64,000 bases of DNA from Nemertoderma westbladi (lineage: Eukaryota; Animalia; Xenacoelomorpha). How positions within the stretch are numbered: position 1 is the stretch's first letter; every line of letters starts with the position of its first letter. Below are positions 22,893 to 36,900 of this stretch, piece after piece. The stretch is taken from contig JAUCBJ010005698.1 of the NCBI GenBank assembly GCA_032718475.1, positions 2,952 through 66,951 of the forward strand, written 5' to 3'. The notes under the pieces are model-generated. The model saw only the letters and a program-made list of their open reading frames with translations, searched no databases and was not told where the DNA came from. A program made the translations under genes and the position numbers.

Positions 22893-25800
22893 AACTGCAG
22901 TTTAACTTGTGCAATATCGACAGAGACTCTTTTTTCAAACGCTTGTAGCTAAAGAATGAAAGCGAAAATAAAAATTCTGGCTCACCCAGCGAGGAGGAGG
23001 GAGGTGAAATTATCTGATTCAATTTCATGCATCTCCTTTTCTCTTATATTGTACATGTCTGCAATGTGGCTGAAAAAGCATAGAAAACGATATACCATCG
23101 GAAAGAGGATCATCAAAAGTACATAACAATTTGAAACAAAAGATAATTTTTTGACGCCCCCTAGCGGCCTGCGTGAGATTTAAAAAATTTCACTAAAAAG
23201 ACTACTCATCCGTTATTTTCCATTTTTATTTTTCGATACCACATTTTTTGGAACGAGCGTGTTCATTTTCATCATATTTTCACGCACTTTTTTTTTATTT
23301 TCGTTTTCTATTTCTGATAATTAGAAATTTTGTAAAAAAAAATTCAAAATTTTTTAAACAATGAAAAAACCCATGTTTTTTGTAATTGTTAATTAAAAAA
23401 ACGGGGAAATATTATTAAATTAAGAAAAGTGCGTGAAATTTATTGAATGTCTATTGTGTATTGGTGTCACTGAATTAACACACTATACACCATGTCCTGG
23501 TTCATTATTCAGGCACCTCCACCCCCCTCCCCTCCCATATACACCATGTCCTGGTTCATTATTCAGGCACCTCCACCCCCCTCCCCTCCCATATACACCA
23601 TGTCCTGGTTCATTATTCAGGCACCTCCACCCCCCTCCCCTCCCATATACACCTGTCCTGGTTCATTATTCAGGCACCTCCACCCCCCTCCCCTCCCATA
23701 TACACCATGTCCTGGTTCATTATTCAGGCACCTCCACCCCCCTCCCCTCCCATATACACCATGTCCTGGTTTAATATTCAGGCACCTCCACCCCCTCCCC
23801 TCCCATATACACCATGTCCTGGTTCATTATTCAGGCACCTCCACCCCCCTCCCCTCCCATATACACCATGTCCTGGTTCATTATTCAGGCACCTCCACCC
23901 CCCTCCCCTCCCATATACACCATGTCCTGGTTTAATATTCAGGCACCTCCAACCCCTCCCCTCCCATATACACCATGTCCTGGTTCATTATTCTGGCCCC
24001 TCCACCCCCTCCCCTCCCATATACATCATGTCCTGGTTCATTATTCTGGCCCCTCCACCCCCCTCCCCTCCCATATACACCATGTCCTGGTTCATTATTA
24101 AGGCACCTCCACCCCCCTCCCCTCCCATATACACCATGTCCTGGTTCATTATTAAGGCACCTCCACCCCCCTCCCCTCCCATATACACCATGTCCTGGTT
24201 CATTATTAAGGCACCTCCACCCCCCTCCCCTCCCATATACACCATGTCCTGGTTCATTATTCAGGCACCTCCAACCCCTCCCCTCCCATATACACCATGT
24301 CCTGGTTCATTATTAAGGCACCTCCACCCCCCTCCCCTCCCATATACACCATGTCCTGGTTCATTATTCAGGCACCTCCACCCCCCTCCCCTCCCATATA
24401 CACCATGTCCTGGTTCATTATTCAGGCACCTCCAACCCCTCCCCTCCCATATACACCATGTCCTGGTTCATTATTCTGGCCCCTCCACCCCCCTCCCCTC
24501 CCATATACACCATGTCCTGGTTCATTATTAAGGCACCTCCACCCCCCTCCCCTCCCATATACACCATGTCCTGGTTCATTATTAAGGCACCTCCACCCCC
24601 CTCCCCTCCCATATACACCTGTCCTGGTTCATTATTCAGGCACCTCCAACCCCTCCCCTCCCATATACACCATGTCCTGGTTCATTATTCTGGCCCCTCC
24701 ACCCCCCTCCCCTCCCATATACACCATGTCCTGGTTCATTATTAAGGCACCTCCACCCCCCTCCCCTCCCATATACACCATGTCCTGGTTCATTATTAAG
24801 GCACCTCCACCCCCCTCCCCTCCCATATACACCTGTCCTGGTTCATTATTCAGGCACCTCCACCCCCCTCCCCTCCCATATACACCATGTCCTGGTTCAT
24901 TATTCAGGCACCTCCACCCCCCTCCCCTCCCATATACACCATGTCCTGGTTCATTATTCAGGCACCTCCAACCCCCTCCCCTCCCATATACACCATGTCC
25001 TGGTTCATTATTCTGGCCCCTCCACCCCCCTCCCCTCCCATATACACCATGTCCTGGTTCATTATTAAGGCACCTCCACCCCCCTCCCCTCCCATATACA
25101 CCATGTCCTGGTTCATTATTCAGGCACCTCCAACCCCTCCCCTCCCATATACACCATGTCCTGGTTCATTATTAAGGCACCTCCACCCCCCTCCCCTCCC
25201 ATATACACCATGTCCTGGTTCATTATTCAGGCACCTCCACCCCCCTCCCCTCCCATATACACCATGTCCTGGTTCATTATTCAGGCACCTCCAACCCCTC
25301 CCCTCCCATATACACCATGTCCTGGTTCATTATTCTGGCCCCTCCACCCCCCTCCCCTCCCATATACACCATGTCCTGGTTCATTATTAAGGCACCTCCA
25401 CCCCCCTCCCCTCCCATATACACCATGTCCTGGTTCATTATTAAGGCACCTCCACCCCCCTCCCCTCCCATATACACCATGTCCTGGTTTAATATTCAGG
25501 CACCTCCACCCCCCTCCCCTCCCATATACACCATGTCCTGGTTCATTATTCAGGCACCTCCACCCCCCTCCCCTCCCATATACACCATGTCCTGGTTCAT
25601 TATTCAGGCACCTCCACCCCCCTCCCCTCCCATATACACCTGTCCTGGTTCATTATTCAGGCACCTCCACCCCCCTCCCCTCCCATATACACCTGTCCTG
25701 GTTCATTATTCAGGCACCTCCACCCCCCTCCCCTCCCATATACACCATGTCCTGGTTCATTATTCTGGCCCCTCCACCCCCCTCCCCTCCCATATACACC

Positions 25801-28702
25801 ATGTCCTGGTTCATCATTAAGGCACCTCCACCCCCCTCCCCTCCCATATACACCATGTCCTGGTTCATTATTAAGGCACCTCCACCCCCCTCCCCTCCCA
25901 TATACACCATGTCCTGGTTCATTATTCAGGCACCTCCACCCCCCTCCCCTCCCATATACACCATGTCCTGGTTCATTATTCAGGCACCTCCACCCCCCTC
26001 CCCTCCCATATACACCATGTCCTGGTTTAATATTCAGGCACCTCCACCCCCCTCCCCTCCCATATACACCATGTCCTGGTTCATTATTCTGGCCCCTCCA
26101 CCCCCTCCCCTCCCATATACACCATGTCCTGGTTCATTATTAAGGCACCTCCACCCCCCTCCCCTCCCATATACACCATGTCCTGGTTCATTATTCAGGC
26201 ACCTCCACCCCCCTCCCCTCCCATATACACCATGTCCTGGTTCATTATTCTGGCCCCTCCACCCCCCTCCCCTCCCATATACACCATGTCCTGGTTCATT
26301 ATTCAGGCACCTCCACCCCCCTCCCCTCCCATATACACCATGTCCTGGTTCATTATTCAGGCACCTCCACCCCCCTCCCCTCCCATATACACCATGTCCT
26401 GGTTCATTATTCAGGCACCTCCACCCCCCTCCCCTCCCATATACACCTGTCCTGGTTCATTATTCAGGCACCTCCACCCCCCTCCCCTCCCATATACACC
26501 ATGTCCTGGTTCATTATTCAGGCACCTCCACCCCCCTCCCCTCCCATATACACCATGTCCTGGTTCATTATTCAGGCACCTCCACCCCCCTCCCCTCCCA
26601 TATACACCTGTCCTGGTTCATTATTCAGGCACCTCCACCCCCCTCCCCTCCCATATACACCATGTCCTGGTTTAATATTCAGGCACCTCCACCCCCCTCC
26701 CCTCCCATATACACCATGTCCTGGTTTAATATTCAGGCACCTCCACCCCCCTTCCCTCCCATATACACCATGTCCTGGTTCATTATTCAGGCACCTCCAC
26801 CCCCCTCCCCTCCCATATACACCTGTCCTGGTTCATTATTCAGGCACCTCCACCCCCCTCCCCTCCCATATACACCATGTCCTGGTTCATTATTCAGGCA
26901 CCTCCACCCCCCTCCCCTCCCATATACACCATGTCCTGGTTCATTATTCTGGCCCCTCCACCCCCCTCCCCTCCCATATACACCATGTCCTGGTTCATTA
27001 TTCAGGCACCTCCACCCCCTCCCCTCCCATATACACCATGTCCTGGTTCATTATTCAGGCACCTCCACCCCCCTCCCCTCCCATATACACCTGTCCTGGT
27101 TCATTATTCAGGCACCTCCACCCCCCTCCCCTCCCATATACACCATGTCCTGGTTTAATATTCAGGCACCTCCACCCCCCTCCCCTCCCATATACACCAT
27201 GTCCTGGTTTAATATTCAGGCACCTCCACCCCCCTTCCCTCCCATATACACCATGTCCTGGTTCATTATTCAGGCACCTCCACCCCCCTCCCCTCCCATA
27301 TACACCTGTCCTGGTTCATTATTCAGGCACCTCCACCCCCCTCCCCTCCCATATACACCATGTCCTGGTTTAATATTCAGGCACCTCCACCCCCCTTCCC
27401 TCCCATATACACCATGTCCTGGTTCATTATTCAGGCACCTCCACCCCCCTCCCCTCCCATATACACCTGTCCTGGTTCATTATTCAGGCACCTCCACCCC
27501 CCTCCCCTCCCATATACACCTGTCCTGGTTCATTATTCAGGCACCTCCACCCCCCTCCCCTCCCATATACACCATGTCCTGGTTTAATATTCAGGCACCT
27601 CCACCCCCCTTCCCTCCCATATACACCATGTCCTGGTTCATTATTCAGGCACCTCCACCCCCCTCCCCTCCCATATACACCTGTCCTGGTTCATTATTCA
27701 GGCACCTCCACCCCCCTCCCCTCCCATATACACCATGTCCTGGTTTAATATTCAGGCACCTCCACCCCCCTTCCCTCCCATATACACCATGTCCTGGTTC
27801 ATTATTCAGGCACCTCCACCCCCCTCCCCTCCCATATACACCTGTCCTGGTTCATTATTCAGGCACCTCCACCCCCCTCCCCTCCCATATACACCATGTC
27901 CTGGTTTAATATTCAGGCACCTCCACCCCCCTTCCCTCCCATATACACCATGTCCTGGTTCATTATTCAGGCACATCCACCCCCCTCCCCTCCCATATAC
28001 ACCATGTCCTGGTTCATTATTCAGGCACCTCCACCCCCCTCCCCTCCCATATACACCATGTCCTGGTTTAATATTCAGGCACCTCCACCCCCCTTCCCTC
28101 CCATATACACCATGTCCTGGTTCATTATTCAGGCACCTCCACCCCCCTCCCCTCCCATATACACCTGTCCTGGTTCATTATTCAGGCACCTCCACCCCCC
28201 TCCCCTCCCATATACACCATGTCCTGGTTTAATATTCAGGCACCTCCACCCCCCTTCCCTCCCATATACACCATGTCCTGGTTCATTATTCAGGCACCTC
28301 CACCCCCCTCCCCTCCCATATACACCTGTCCTGGTTCATTATTCAGGCACCTCCACCCCCCTCCCCTCCCATATACACCTGTCCTGGTTTAATATTCAGG
28401 CACATCCACCCCCCTCCCCTCCCATATACACCATGTCCTGGTTCATTATTCAGGCACCTCCACCCCCCTCCCCTCCCATATACACCATGTCCTGGTTTAA
28501 TATTCAGGCACCTCCACCCCCATCCCCCAATTTATCTTCAAATCTTAATGAGATTGCATGAAATTAGAAACATAGATAGTTTCACCTCCCTCCTCCTACG
28601 TGGGTGAGACATAATTTTTATTTTCGCTTTCAATCACCATGCGCCAAGCGTTTGAAGAAGTGTCTCTGACGATATTGCCCCAGTTACTCCCATCGCAGTT
28701 AA
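22893..28702. mobile_element. Putative DNA-transposon-like element bounded by diverged ~130-bp inverted repeats, containing a 5-kb satellite
   Basis: 22911-23035 is the approximate reverse complement of 28550-28678 (GCAATATCG.CAGAGAC...GAAAGCGAAAATAAAAATT...GGAGGAGGGAGGTGAAA...AATTTCATGCA). True ends and TSD not found. Confidence 0.5.
23484..28528. repeat. 54-bp C-rich satellite (CATATACACCATGTCCTGGTTCATTATTCAGGCACCTCCACCCCCCTCCCCTCC), ~94 copies
   Basis: Highly homogeneous 53/54-bp tandem array. Confidence 0.98.
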
Positions 28703-28822
28703 TCTTCATCCTGAGATATGGGCTTTCGAAAGTTTATTGGTTCAGCATCACTGCGCGAGGCGTGTGTCTGCTGATAATGTAGACACCGACACCAGGACTA
28801 TTCTACAACAAAGCTTGTTGGG

Positions 28823-29052
28823 GAGACAGGGGGGGGGGGGGGGGGACTTGACGCAACTCCCAAATCTATGAAATAATATTTCGTCTCAATGTTAAATTAA
28901 CAAATTAGGGAAAGGAGCAGGTTACAGTGGTACGTTATTCTAACTAATACAATCAACTAAAGTCAATAGAACAGGTTACAGTTTTATTTTGGAAGCAGCT
29001 GTTATTTGCATCAATTTTCTCCTGGGGAGGGATGAATACTGAATGCGTCGTC
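28823..29052. mobile_element. Degenerate copy of a ~240-bp poly-G-ended MITE
   Basis: Homologous to 52133-52370. Confidence 0.65.
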
Positions 29053-29471
29053 AAAATAACCCTACTTAGCCTTGTAAGATTACCTGCTACTTTAATATTA
29101 TCTGGCGAGGGTTTTTGGGATTAGATATTCGGTCGGGTAGGGAGGGAGGTGCTCGCCGCATTAAATATGATATGGCGAATTGTTAACAATTTATTTTATT
29201 ACCATTTATTCGCACTTCTCAGAAAAGAGTGGGGTTTTTCACATATCAGCAACTATTAGGCCCACGTGGGGATTCGATTGTTTAGTCGATGTTTAGGCCA
29301 CATTTCTGGAGCGAAAAGGAAGAGATTGTCGAAATATGAATAGCAAATTCTGAATTTTCTATTGATATTTTGGTCAACAAAGTTTAGGGAACTTTATCTG
29401 TCTATCACATACATTTATTAATTGCTTAATTAATTGCATCGATTAAAACAGCTCTAGGTACTCAATCTAAA

Positions 29472-31105
29472 CTACCTAAACCTCCCCTGACCCCTAAGAT
29501 CCTTCAGTATCGGCCCTGCCCTCCTCCCCAACACCTTTCTCTCCTTCCTATGTTTGACCTCGTCATCTTTCAGTCTACGCTGCTTGGGTGACGGCTCAAC
29601 CGCCACAGTAAACTCACAGTCCCCCATCTGTTTACGCATTCTTGGCAACCGCTTCCCAGCAACCCTGTCGCCTAGAGCAACGCCAACCTCCTCCTTAGAA
29701 CTCCCACCAACGAACGAACTGAAATCTTCCCCGGGTTTCAACTCGTAAAATTTCGTTGTATTCTGACGTGACTCCGTAACAGTTTTCGTGTCGACAGATT
29801 TCCCGCGAGTTCTATTAGTTGCTTTAGAAACTCGATTTAAATTCTCGGTTAATTTACTGACATTCTCCCGCGGTTTCTTAGATTCCTCGGAACCATCATC
29901 GGACACCTCATAGAACTCGCTTTGTTTATCGGCCTCGGTGAATTTGAATTTCCCGCGGTCGCCCCGGGGATTGGCTCGCTTGTAATCCTCGCTGTCTGGG
30001 TCCACCTCAAGGTCCGGGTTGCTAAACAACGCCGCGAACCTGGCATCCGTAACCGGCGTCAACGACTCAACATCCTCCTTCACTCCCCCCATTTCTTCAT
30101 CTTTCTTCCCTTTCTTTTCCCTGACTAACTTCCGCTCCCGTAAATACCTCAACGCCATCAACTTGTTGACTCGCGGCAATTTCTTTAATTTAACTCGATT
30201 TTCTCTCACCTCCTCGATCTTCGCCTGTATTTTCTCCCGACGGTACCGCTGGTACGCGAATGGGTCGGCCAGCTGACTAGCCCGTTTGTACAGCCGAATA
30301 TCGATAAAGTAGCCGTGCATGTAGGGGTAGACGAGGTTGGTGCCAACGACGTGAGAGAGCCCGAGGGAGTTGAGTTCGCGAGGAGTTGTAAAGCGGTAGT
30401 CGTCGTACACGGAAACCTCGTCGGTCTCCTCTAATTCCTCGGTGAGGCTGTCCAGGAAGGAGCACCAAGAGGGAGCCGCTCCCAACTCGGGGAGGTAGTA
30501 GACCCCGGTCTCGGGGGCCTCGAGAGCGAGGAGGATCAGTCCGGATTCCGGGAACCGAGCGGCGGCGCGGACCTCGGCCGGAGGCTCGATCGCGGTGAAC
30601 GGCGCGCCAGAATCCGCGCGCCACAACTTTAGGACTTTTGCGTCGGCGGAGTAGACGAGTCCGGCCGCCGCCTCGTCGACGAACCCCAGCGAGTGGATCG
30701 GGAGGTCGTACTGGTGTTCCTTCCGGAGGAACGGCTTGTCGGAACGCAGATCGTAGAGGAGGACCGCCCCGGAACGCGTTCCCACCCCGAGTTCCACGGA
30801 GTTGCGGAACGCGAGGGCCGTGGTTCCGGATTCGGAAGGGAGACTTCCGACTCGACGCGGCGTCCGGCGCGGGTCCCACAGCTCGACAGTACCGGCACCC
30901 GCCGCCAGGAGGCCGTGGCGTGGGTTCAGGGCCAGACAATCGAACCCCCCCGCGGTCTCGCTGAGTAGCGAACGGAGGAATCGGCCCTGCTCCAGGTTAA
31001 TCCGGAATATTTCCGGCCCGTCGCCGGCCACGTAAAGGTCGCAGTTGCCATGGTGATACAACAGATCACGACCGAAACGCGGAACTCGTAGTTTATAGTA
31101 TTTAC
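29472..31105 (-). CDS. NOL10: Nucleolar protein 10 (NOL10/Enp2), exon 3 (last)
   Basis: GKYYKLRVPRFGRDL, NLEQGRFL, LGAAPSWCSFLDSLTEELEE, VYDDYRF, YMHGYFID, DARFAALFSNPD (NUC153). Acceptor TTCAG|GT at 31105, phase 1. Confidence 0.95.
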
Positions 31106-31319
31106 CTGAAGTAAAAAAAACAGTAAATTTATTTGCCATAAAAATATTTCATTATCGTGACAAACTTCGAAAACTACAAAATAAATTAATTAAAATTAAA
31201 AATATTTATATTTTCCCTTATAGCTGATGACAATTAATTAATTAATTAACAAACAATACAACAATAATGAAGAACAAAAACAAATGATAGTTAACAGTTT
31301 ATGTTACAGATGTTACAAG

Positions 31320-32145
31320 AGTACTCTCAGAATCACTAGAGGGAGCCCAACGGCTCCTCAGCTCATTAGAACATGCTGCTTCTAGTGTTGGTCTATTCGT
31401 TAACTTCTGGAAGACCAACATTCTGACAGTTAACTTTGAAAGTCCTCAGCAAGTCTCTGATCGGATGAGCATAAGCTCAAAAGATGGTATGCTTGAGCAT
31501 GTGGATGACTTCTGTTACCTGGGATCATGGATCCGGAAGTCAGGTGAGGACCTTCGAATACGTAAGGGAAAGGCATGGGCAGCCTTGAATAGGCTTTCCA
31601 GGATTTGGAAGTCACCGAGAATTAATCGGAAACCCCCTAAGGTCCGATTATTTAGAGCAGCAGTAGTTCCAGTACTCATCTATGGGAGTCCATGCTGGGC
31701 TCTAACTGCTGAGGACACCAAATCTCTGGATGGCACATTCACAAGAATGCTACGCCGGGTACATTGTGTCAAGTACAATGCACACATCTCCAACCAGACA
31801 CTATATAACATTGGAGGTGTCTCATTGGTTCCCCCAAGCTTGACACTAGAACAAAGTCGCCTCTGCTTTGCAGGACATTGCTTTCGCCGTGAGGACCAGC
31901 CAGTGCATAATGTTGTACTTTGGCAGTCTCATGGAGTGAATAAGCATGGTGGACAGCCCATGACTTCCTTGAGACGCATCTTAAAGGACACTGGCCTTAA
32001 AGATGCGGATGATCTAGCAAATGTCATGGGTGATAGGGAGTTGTGGCGGCGAAATTTTGTCGACAAGCCGACACAGCATTCTTAATATATATGTAATATA
32101 TATATATATAATGCAGCTGCAATGTAGTATGCCGATCGTAGTAGT
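31320..32145 (+). mobile_element. 5'-truncated RTE LINE with 3' end, in NOL10 intron 2
   Basis: LEHVDDFCYLGSWI...DRELWR; 3' end GCCGATC(GTA)n. Confidence 0.9.
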
Positions 32146-32157
32146 ATGTTAAGACAA

Positions 32158-32422
32158 CCAGTTTATTTTATAGTAACCAGTTTATGTTACAGTAACAAGT
32201 TTGTTTATGTTACAGTAACAAGTTTGTTTATGTTACAGTAACCAGTTTATGTTACAGTAACAAGTTTGTTTATGTTACAGTAACCAGTTTATGTTACAGT
32301 ATCCAGTTTATGTTACAGTAACCAGTTTATGTTACTGTAACCAGTTTATGATACAGTAACCAGTTCATGTTACAGTAACCAGTTTATGTTACAGTAACCA
32401 GTTTATGTTACAGTAACAAGTT
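32158..32422. repeat. 19-bp tandem repeat (CAGTAACCAGTTTATGTTA)
   Basis: Direct copies. Confidence 0.9.
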
Positions 32423-32591
32423 ACCATGTTTATTTAATTGTTTAATGTAATATATTATAATTAAATTGAAATATAAATTATACTGAATTACGAGGTTTAC
32501 ATAAACTGATAAGCCTACCCTATATGAGATAGTTGTTATTTTAGTTTTTATATCATCATAAAAAACATAAAAATATGAATGATAAAATAAA

Positions 32592-33346
32592 CGGCCCATG
32601 TGAAGAATACCAGACTTTCTGCCGTTATATTTCACTTTGCAGTTACCCCCATGTGAAGAATACCAGACTTTCTGCCGTTATATTTCACTTTTCAGTTACC
32701 CCCATGTGAAGAATACCAGACTTTCTACCGTTATATTTCACTTTGCAGTTACCCCCATGTGAAGAATACCAGACTTTCTGCCGTTATATTTCACTTTGCA
32801 GTTACCCCCATGTGAAGAATACCAGACTTTCTGCCGTTATATTTCACTTTGCAGTTACCCCCCATGTGAAGAATAACAGACTTTCTACCGTTATATTTCA
32901 CTTTGCAGTTACCCCCATGTGAAGAATACCAGACTTTCTGCCGTTATATTTCACTTTGCAGTTACCCCCATGTGAAGAATACCAGACTTTCTACCGTTAT
33001 ATTTCACTTTGCAGTTACCCCCATGTGAAGAATACCAGACTTTCTACTGTTATATTTCACTTTGCAGTTAACCCCATGTGAAGAATACCAGACTTTCTAC
33101 AGTTATATTTCACTTTGCAGTTACCCCCATATGAAGAATATCAGGTTTTCACCAAAAACGCAGGTTACAGAAGGGCTGAATCTAACCAAAACAATAAATG
33201 AATTGGTATATGTACAGATTTTATACGACATAAATAAGCACTAAAAAACAGTTAATAAAGATAAATTAAAAAAAAATAATAATCATATATAAAATTTCAA
33301 TAAAAAGTCGACCGAAAAGTGAAATCCTAGTATTCTTCACATGGGC
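32592..33346. mobile_element. MITE with TIR GCCCATGTGAAGAATAC whose left end is amplified as ~10 x 53-bp tandem units
   Basis: Starts CGGCCCATGTGAAGAATACC, ends GTATTCTTCACATGGGC; related copy at ~36230-36570. Confidence 0.75.
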
Positions 33347-33490
33347 GAAAAAACATTTTATTAGTACCGGTACCGGTACGGTACACGGGTACAGGTTACT
33401 AACCTTTCACTCACTAAGATACTCATTAGAATAACTAACCCTTCGCCTCATTAGATTGAATACCAACTAAGTTACTAACCGTTCACTCAC

Positions 33491-33655
33491 CATGCTGTAC
33501 ATGGAATTCAAGGTTCCTATCCGATTGTAGGAAAACCAGTTTGGAGTAATCGTCGGAAAGGAAACGGAACTTAACAGCCTCCGAGTCGAAACAACGTTCG
33601 AACTTCATCGATAATTCGTTTACGTCGTAACATCGCATACGCGGTTTGTACGTTC
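33491..33655 (-). CDS. NOL10: NOL10 exon 2
   Basis: G-TYKPRMRCYDVNELSMKFERCFDSEAVKFRFLSDDYSKLVFLQSDR; acceptor CACAG|GA, donor G|GTGAG; phase 1/1. Confidence 0.93.
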
Positions 33656-35119
33656 CTGTGAATAATACTTCGGTATTAGTTATCAACAATAATCGCGGAA
33701 ATGTTTCTTACAAGATTTATTTACATACCACCCCGTGTGATACTGTCACATCTACGATGTTAGCCAGATATTTTACAGATATTTTACATATAACCCCTTT
33801 TATAATAAATAAAAATAAGGTAGAATAAAACGTCTGTCCTTATCTGATCTGATCTGATCTGACGGCATCTGATCATATAACCAATCAGGAGAAAGAGATA
33901 TAGGTAAATAGCCAATAGGGGATCAGGTTGCCATGTTACGTATCAGTATCATCATATGAAATAGCAGTACAGCAGTAGGCCTTCAGGCATACCGGTATGC
34001 AGCCAATGCAGCAAAGGCATGTTAAAAATGCGATATACAGTAGGATGAAGGATGGCGGGTATGAAAGTTGTGTGATTGTCCCAGCAAAGATGGATAGTTT
34101 CAGATGTAAACTACTTTCGCAGATGTAGTTGGTGTTGAAACATTAAACATTTATTAAAAACAATACAGCCTTTCTGCCTTTGCTGCAATATTTTAGTAAT
34201 CTTTCTTGTTAAGTTTATTAATAGTTAAAGTTATTTATATTAAATATAATTAATATTATTAAATAATGATACTGTGCTTATTAGTATATTACATTTAAAA
34301 TATTTATTGTTTGTTTGTTACGCTAAAGGGAAGGCAGGAATAGGTACAGTACCTCTGTACAGTACTGTTACTGCCGAATATGGCGAAACACTTTAAAAAC
34401 ATTCCCCATATTACCCTGATTGCCACTGATACAGTGGAGTTTATTATACCCAGACAATGAAGGAAGATGGGAAGGTGAGTGGAAGGTGGGAATCAAACGA
34501 TGTTTTTACCTTCCAATTGAAGGAAAAGAGTAGGTTACAGCGGCGGCAATTTCTAACCAAAACAATAAACGATGTTGTTGAAAATTTTCACCCACCGCCG
34601 AAAAATACAAGTTTCAGAATTCTTATGGAATTTTTACACATTCCATTGAATTCCGAACCCTCACAAATCCGTATAACGCAAGAAACCCCATACTTCCGAA
34701 AAATACAAGTTTGAGATGTATAGTTGTTAGGACAATAACAATAAAACAATAGATAGGACTATGAGTTGTCACAATCAATTGAACTATTGAATGAATTTTC
34801 AAAATTTCTTGCCGGCACCAAATTTTGCACACGGCACCGAAAAATACAACGTTGATGATATGCCTGGCTGCCTGGTGCAATTCATAAAAATTCCAACGAG
34901 ACTAGAACGCCTAAAACACCTATTGCGGAAAAAACATCTTCAAATAATCAATTTACAAAATTGAAATATTTCAAAATTTGGGGCTGGCACCAAAATTTGG
35001 CACCCGTCGCTAAAAACAAGATTAAAATTTCTAGCTTATTTTATATGAATTCCTTTTAGTTAGTTTCAGTTAGTCTTTTAGTTAGTAGCATTAGTTTCAG
35101 AGAGGGGGGGGGGGGGGGG

Positions 35120-35306
35120 TGTTATATTGACTGACATGGGCAGAAACTTCAGTACTCATTTAGCTACCATTTAAGGATGCAATGCAGAGATGCCTCGCTA
35201 AACCCTTCAAAGCATTCGTGACGAAACGAAAACTACCTTGGCCCCCATGTCGGGGTTGAACCCACAACCTCCGTGAGATGTGAATTCAATATAACCACTA
35301 CACCAA
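35120..35306 (-). mobile_element. tRNA-derived SINE-like element (copy 1)
   Basis: Minus strand: A box TGGTGTAGTGG, B box GGTTCAACCCC, then a body containing TAAATGAGTACTG; cloverleaf is degenerate. Confidence 0.6.
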
Positions 35307-36744
35307 GAGGTAGAATAAAACGTCTGTCCTTATCTGATCTGATCTGATCTGATCTGACAGCATCTGATTCTATAACCAATCAGGAGAAAGAGATATAATA
35401 TTTACCTAACTGTCTGTCTGTCTGTTAGGTAAATAGCCAATAGCTGAATAAGGGATCACGTTTCAGGTTGCCTGTTACGTATCAGTATCAGCATATGAAG
35501 TAGCAGTACAGGCATATCGGTATGCATCTAAATGCACAAAGGCATGTTATTGTATATTAATAATGCGATATAGGATGAAGGATGGCGGGTATGAAAGTTG
35601 TGTGATTGTCCCAGCAAAGATGGATAGTTTCAGATGTAAACAACTTTTGTAGATTTAGTCTGTTAGTTGGTGTTGAAACATTAAACTTTTATTAAAAACA
35701 ATACAGCATTTGCTGCAATATTTTTTTCGTAAATCTTTCTTGTTAATAGTTATCATTATTAATAGTTAAAGTTAATTATATTAATTATAATTAATATTAT
35801 TAATTAAGTACGGTAATGATTCTTATTAATAAATTACATTTAAAATATGTATGAAATTTAAGAATTTTATTAATTTTACTATTTATTAAAGAATATGGGA
35901 AGGTGGATGGGAATGTGGGAATTTATAAACACTTAATACCTTCCAATTGAAGGAAAAGAGCAGGTTACAGCGGCTGTAATTTCTAACCAAAACAATAAAC
36001 GACGTTGTTGCCTACAAATTGAGGGAAAGGAGCAGGTTACCGAGACAGGGTTTTCTAACCAAAACAATAAACGATTTTGTTACCTACCAATTGAGGGAAA
36101 GGAGAATATGTTACCGCGGCGGCTTGTTTACACAGTTACACCCGTCACCTTCTTACTAACCGTCCTACTGACTGATCAATAGATCATCCCCCTCAAAAAT
36201 AAAGGACATCGCGCACGCGCATAAAAAACTTAATAAAGATAAATTTAATAAAAAATATCGACCAATAAAAAATCGACCGAAAAATGAAATCCTGGTATTC
36301 TTCACATGGGCGAAGAATACCAGACTTTCTGCCGTTTTATTTCACTTTGCAGTTACCCCTATGTGAAGAATACTAGGTTTTCACCAAAAACACAGGTTAC
36401 AGAAGGGCTGAATATAACAGGTTATAAGACATAAATAAGCTCTATAATACACTCAATAAAGATAAATTAAAAAAGAATTAAAATCTTCAAATATAAAATT
36501 CCAATAAAAGTCAACCGAAAAGTGAAATCCTGGTATTCTTCACACGGGCGGTATTCTTCACATGGACCGACACCAAAATTAGGCACCAGCCGCTAAAAAC
36601 AAATTTAAAATTTCTAGCTTATTTTATTTGAATTCCTTTTAGTTCGTTTCAGTTAGTCTTTTAGTTAGTATCGTTAGTTTCAGAGCGGGAGGTGTTATAT
36701 AGACACCCCCCCCCCCCCCGGGTTTAAGGGGAATACCGGGGAAA

Positions 36745-36900
36745 CTTCACATGCTGACATAGGCAGAAAGTCCAGTACTCATTTAGCTACCATTTAAGGT
36801 AGCTAAACATTCGTGCCGAAACGAAAACTACCTTGGCCCCATGCCGGGGTTGAACCCACAACCTCCGAGAGATGTGAATTCAATATAACCACTACACCAA
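36745..36900 (-). mobile_element. tRNA-derived SINE-like element (copy 2)
   Basis: Homologous to 35120-35306. Confidence 0.6.

Larger units (their letters stand above)
33817..36900. repeat. Local diverged duplications in NOL10 intron 1 (33817-34575 ~ 35307-36010; 34985-35305 ~ 36570-36900)
   Basis: Shared blocks including (TCTGA)n, GGATGAAGGATGGCGGGTATG and the SINE head; inverted partial copies at 36930-37080. Confidence 0.8.

Noticed and set aside
23433-28561. Long proline-rich ORFs, up to 917 aa, resembling extensins
   Set aside because: Read-through of a stop-poor 54-bp satellite; frames switch at every 1-bp indel and there are no unique termini.
35241-35306. tRNA gene
   Set aside because: A and B boxes are present, but acceptor and anticodon stems do not pair and it continues into a shared repeat body; better read as a SINE head.
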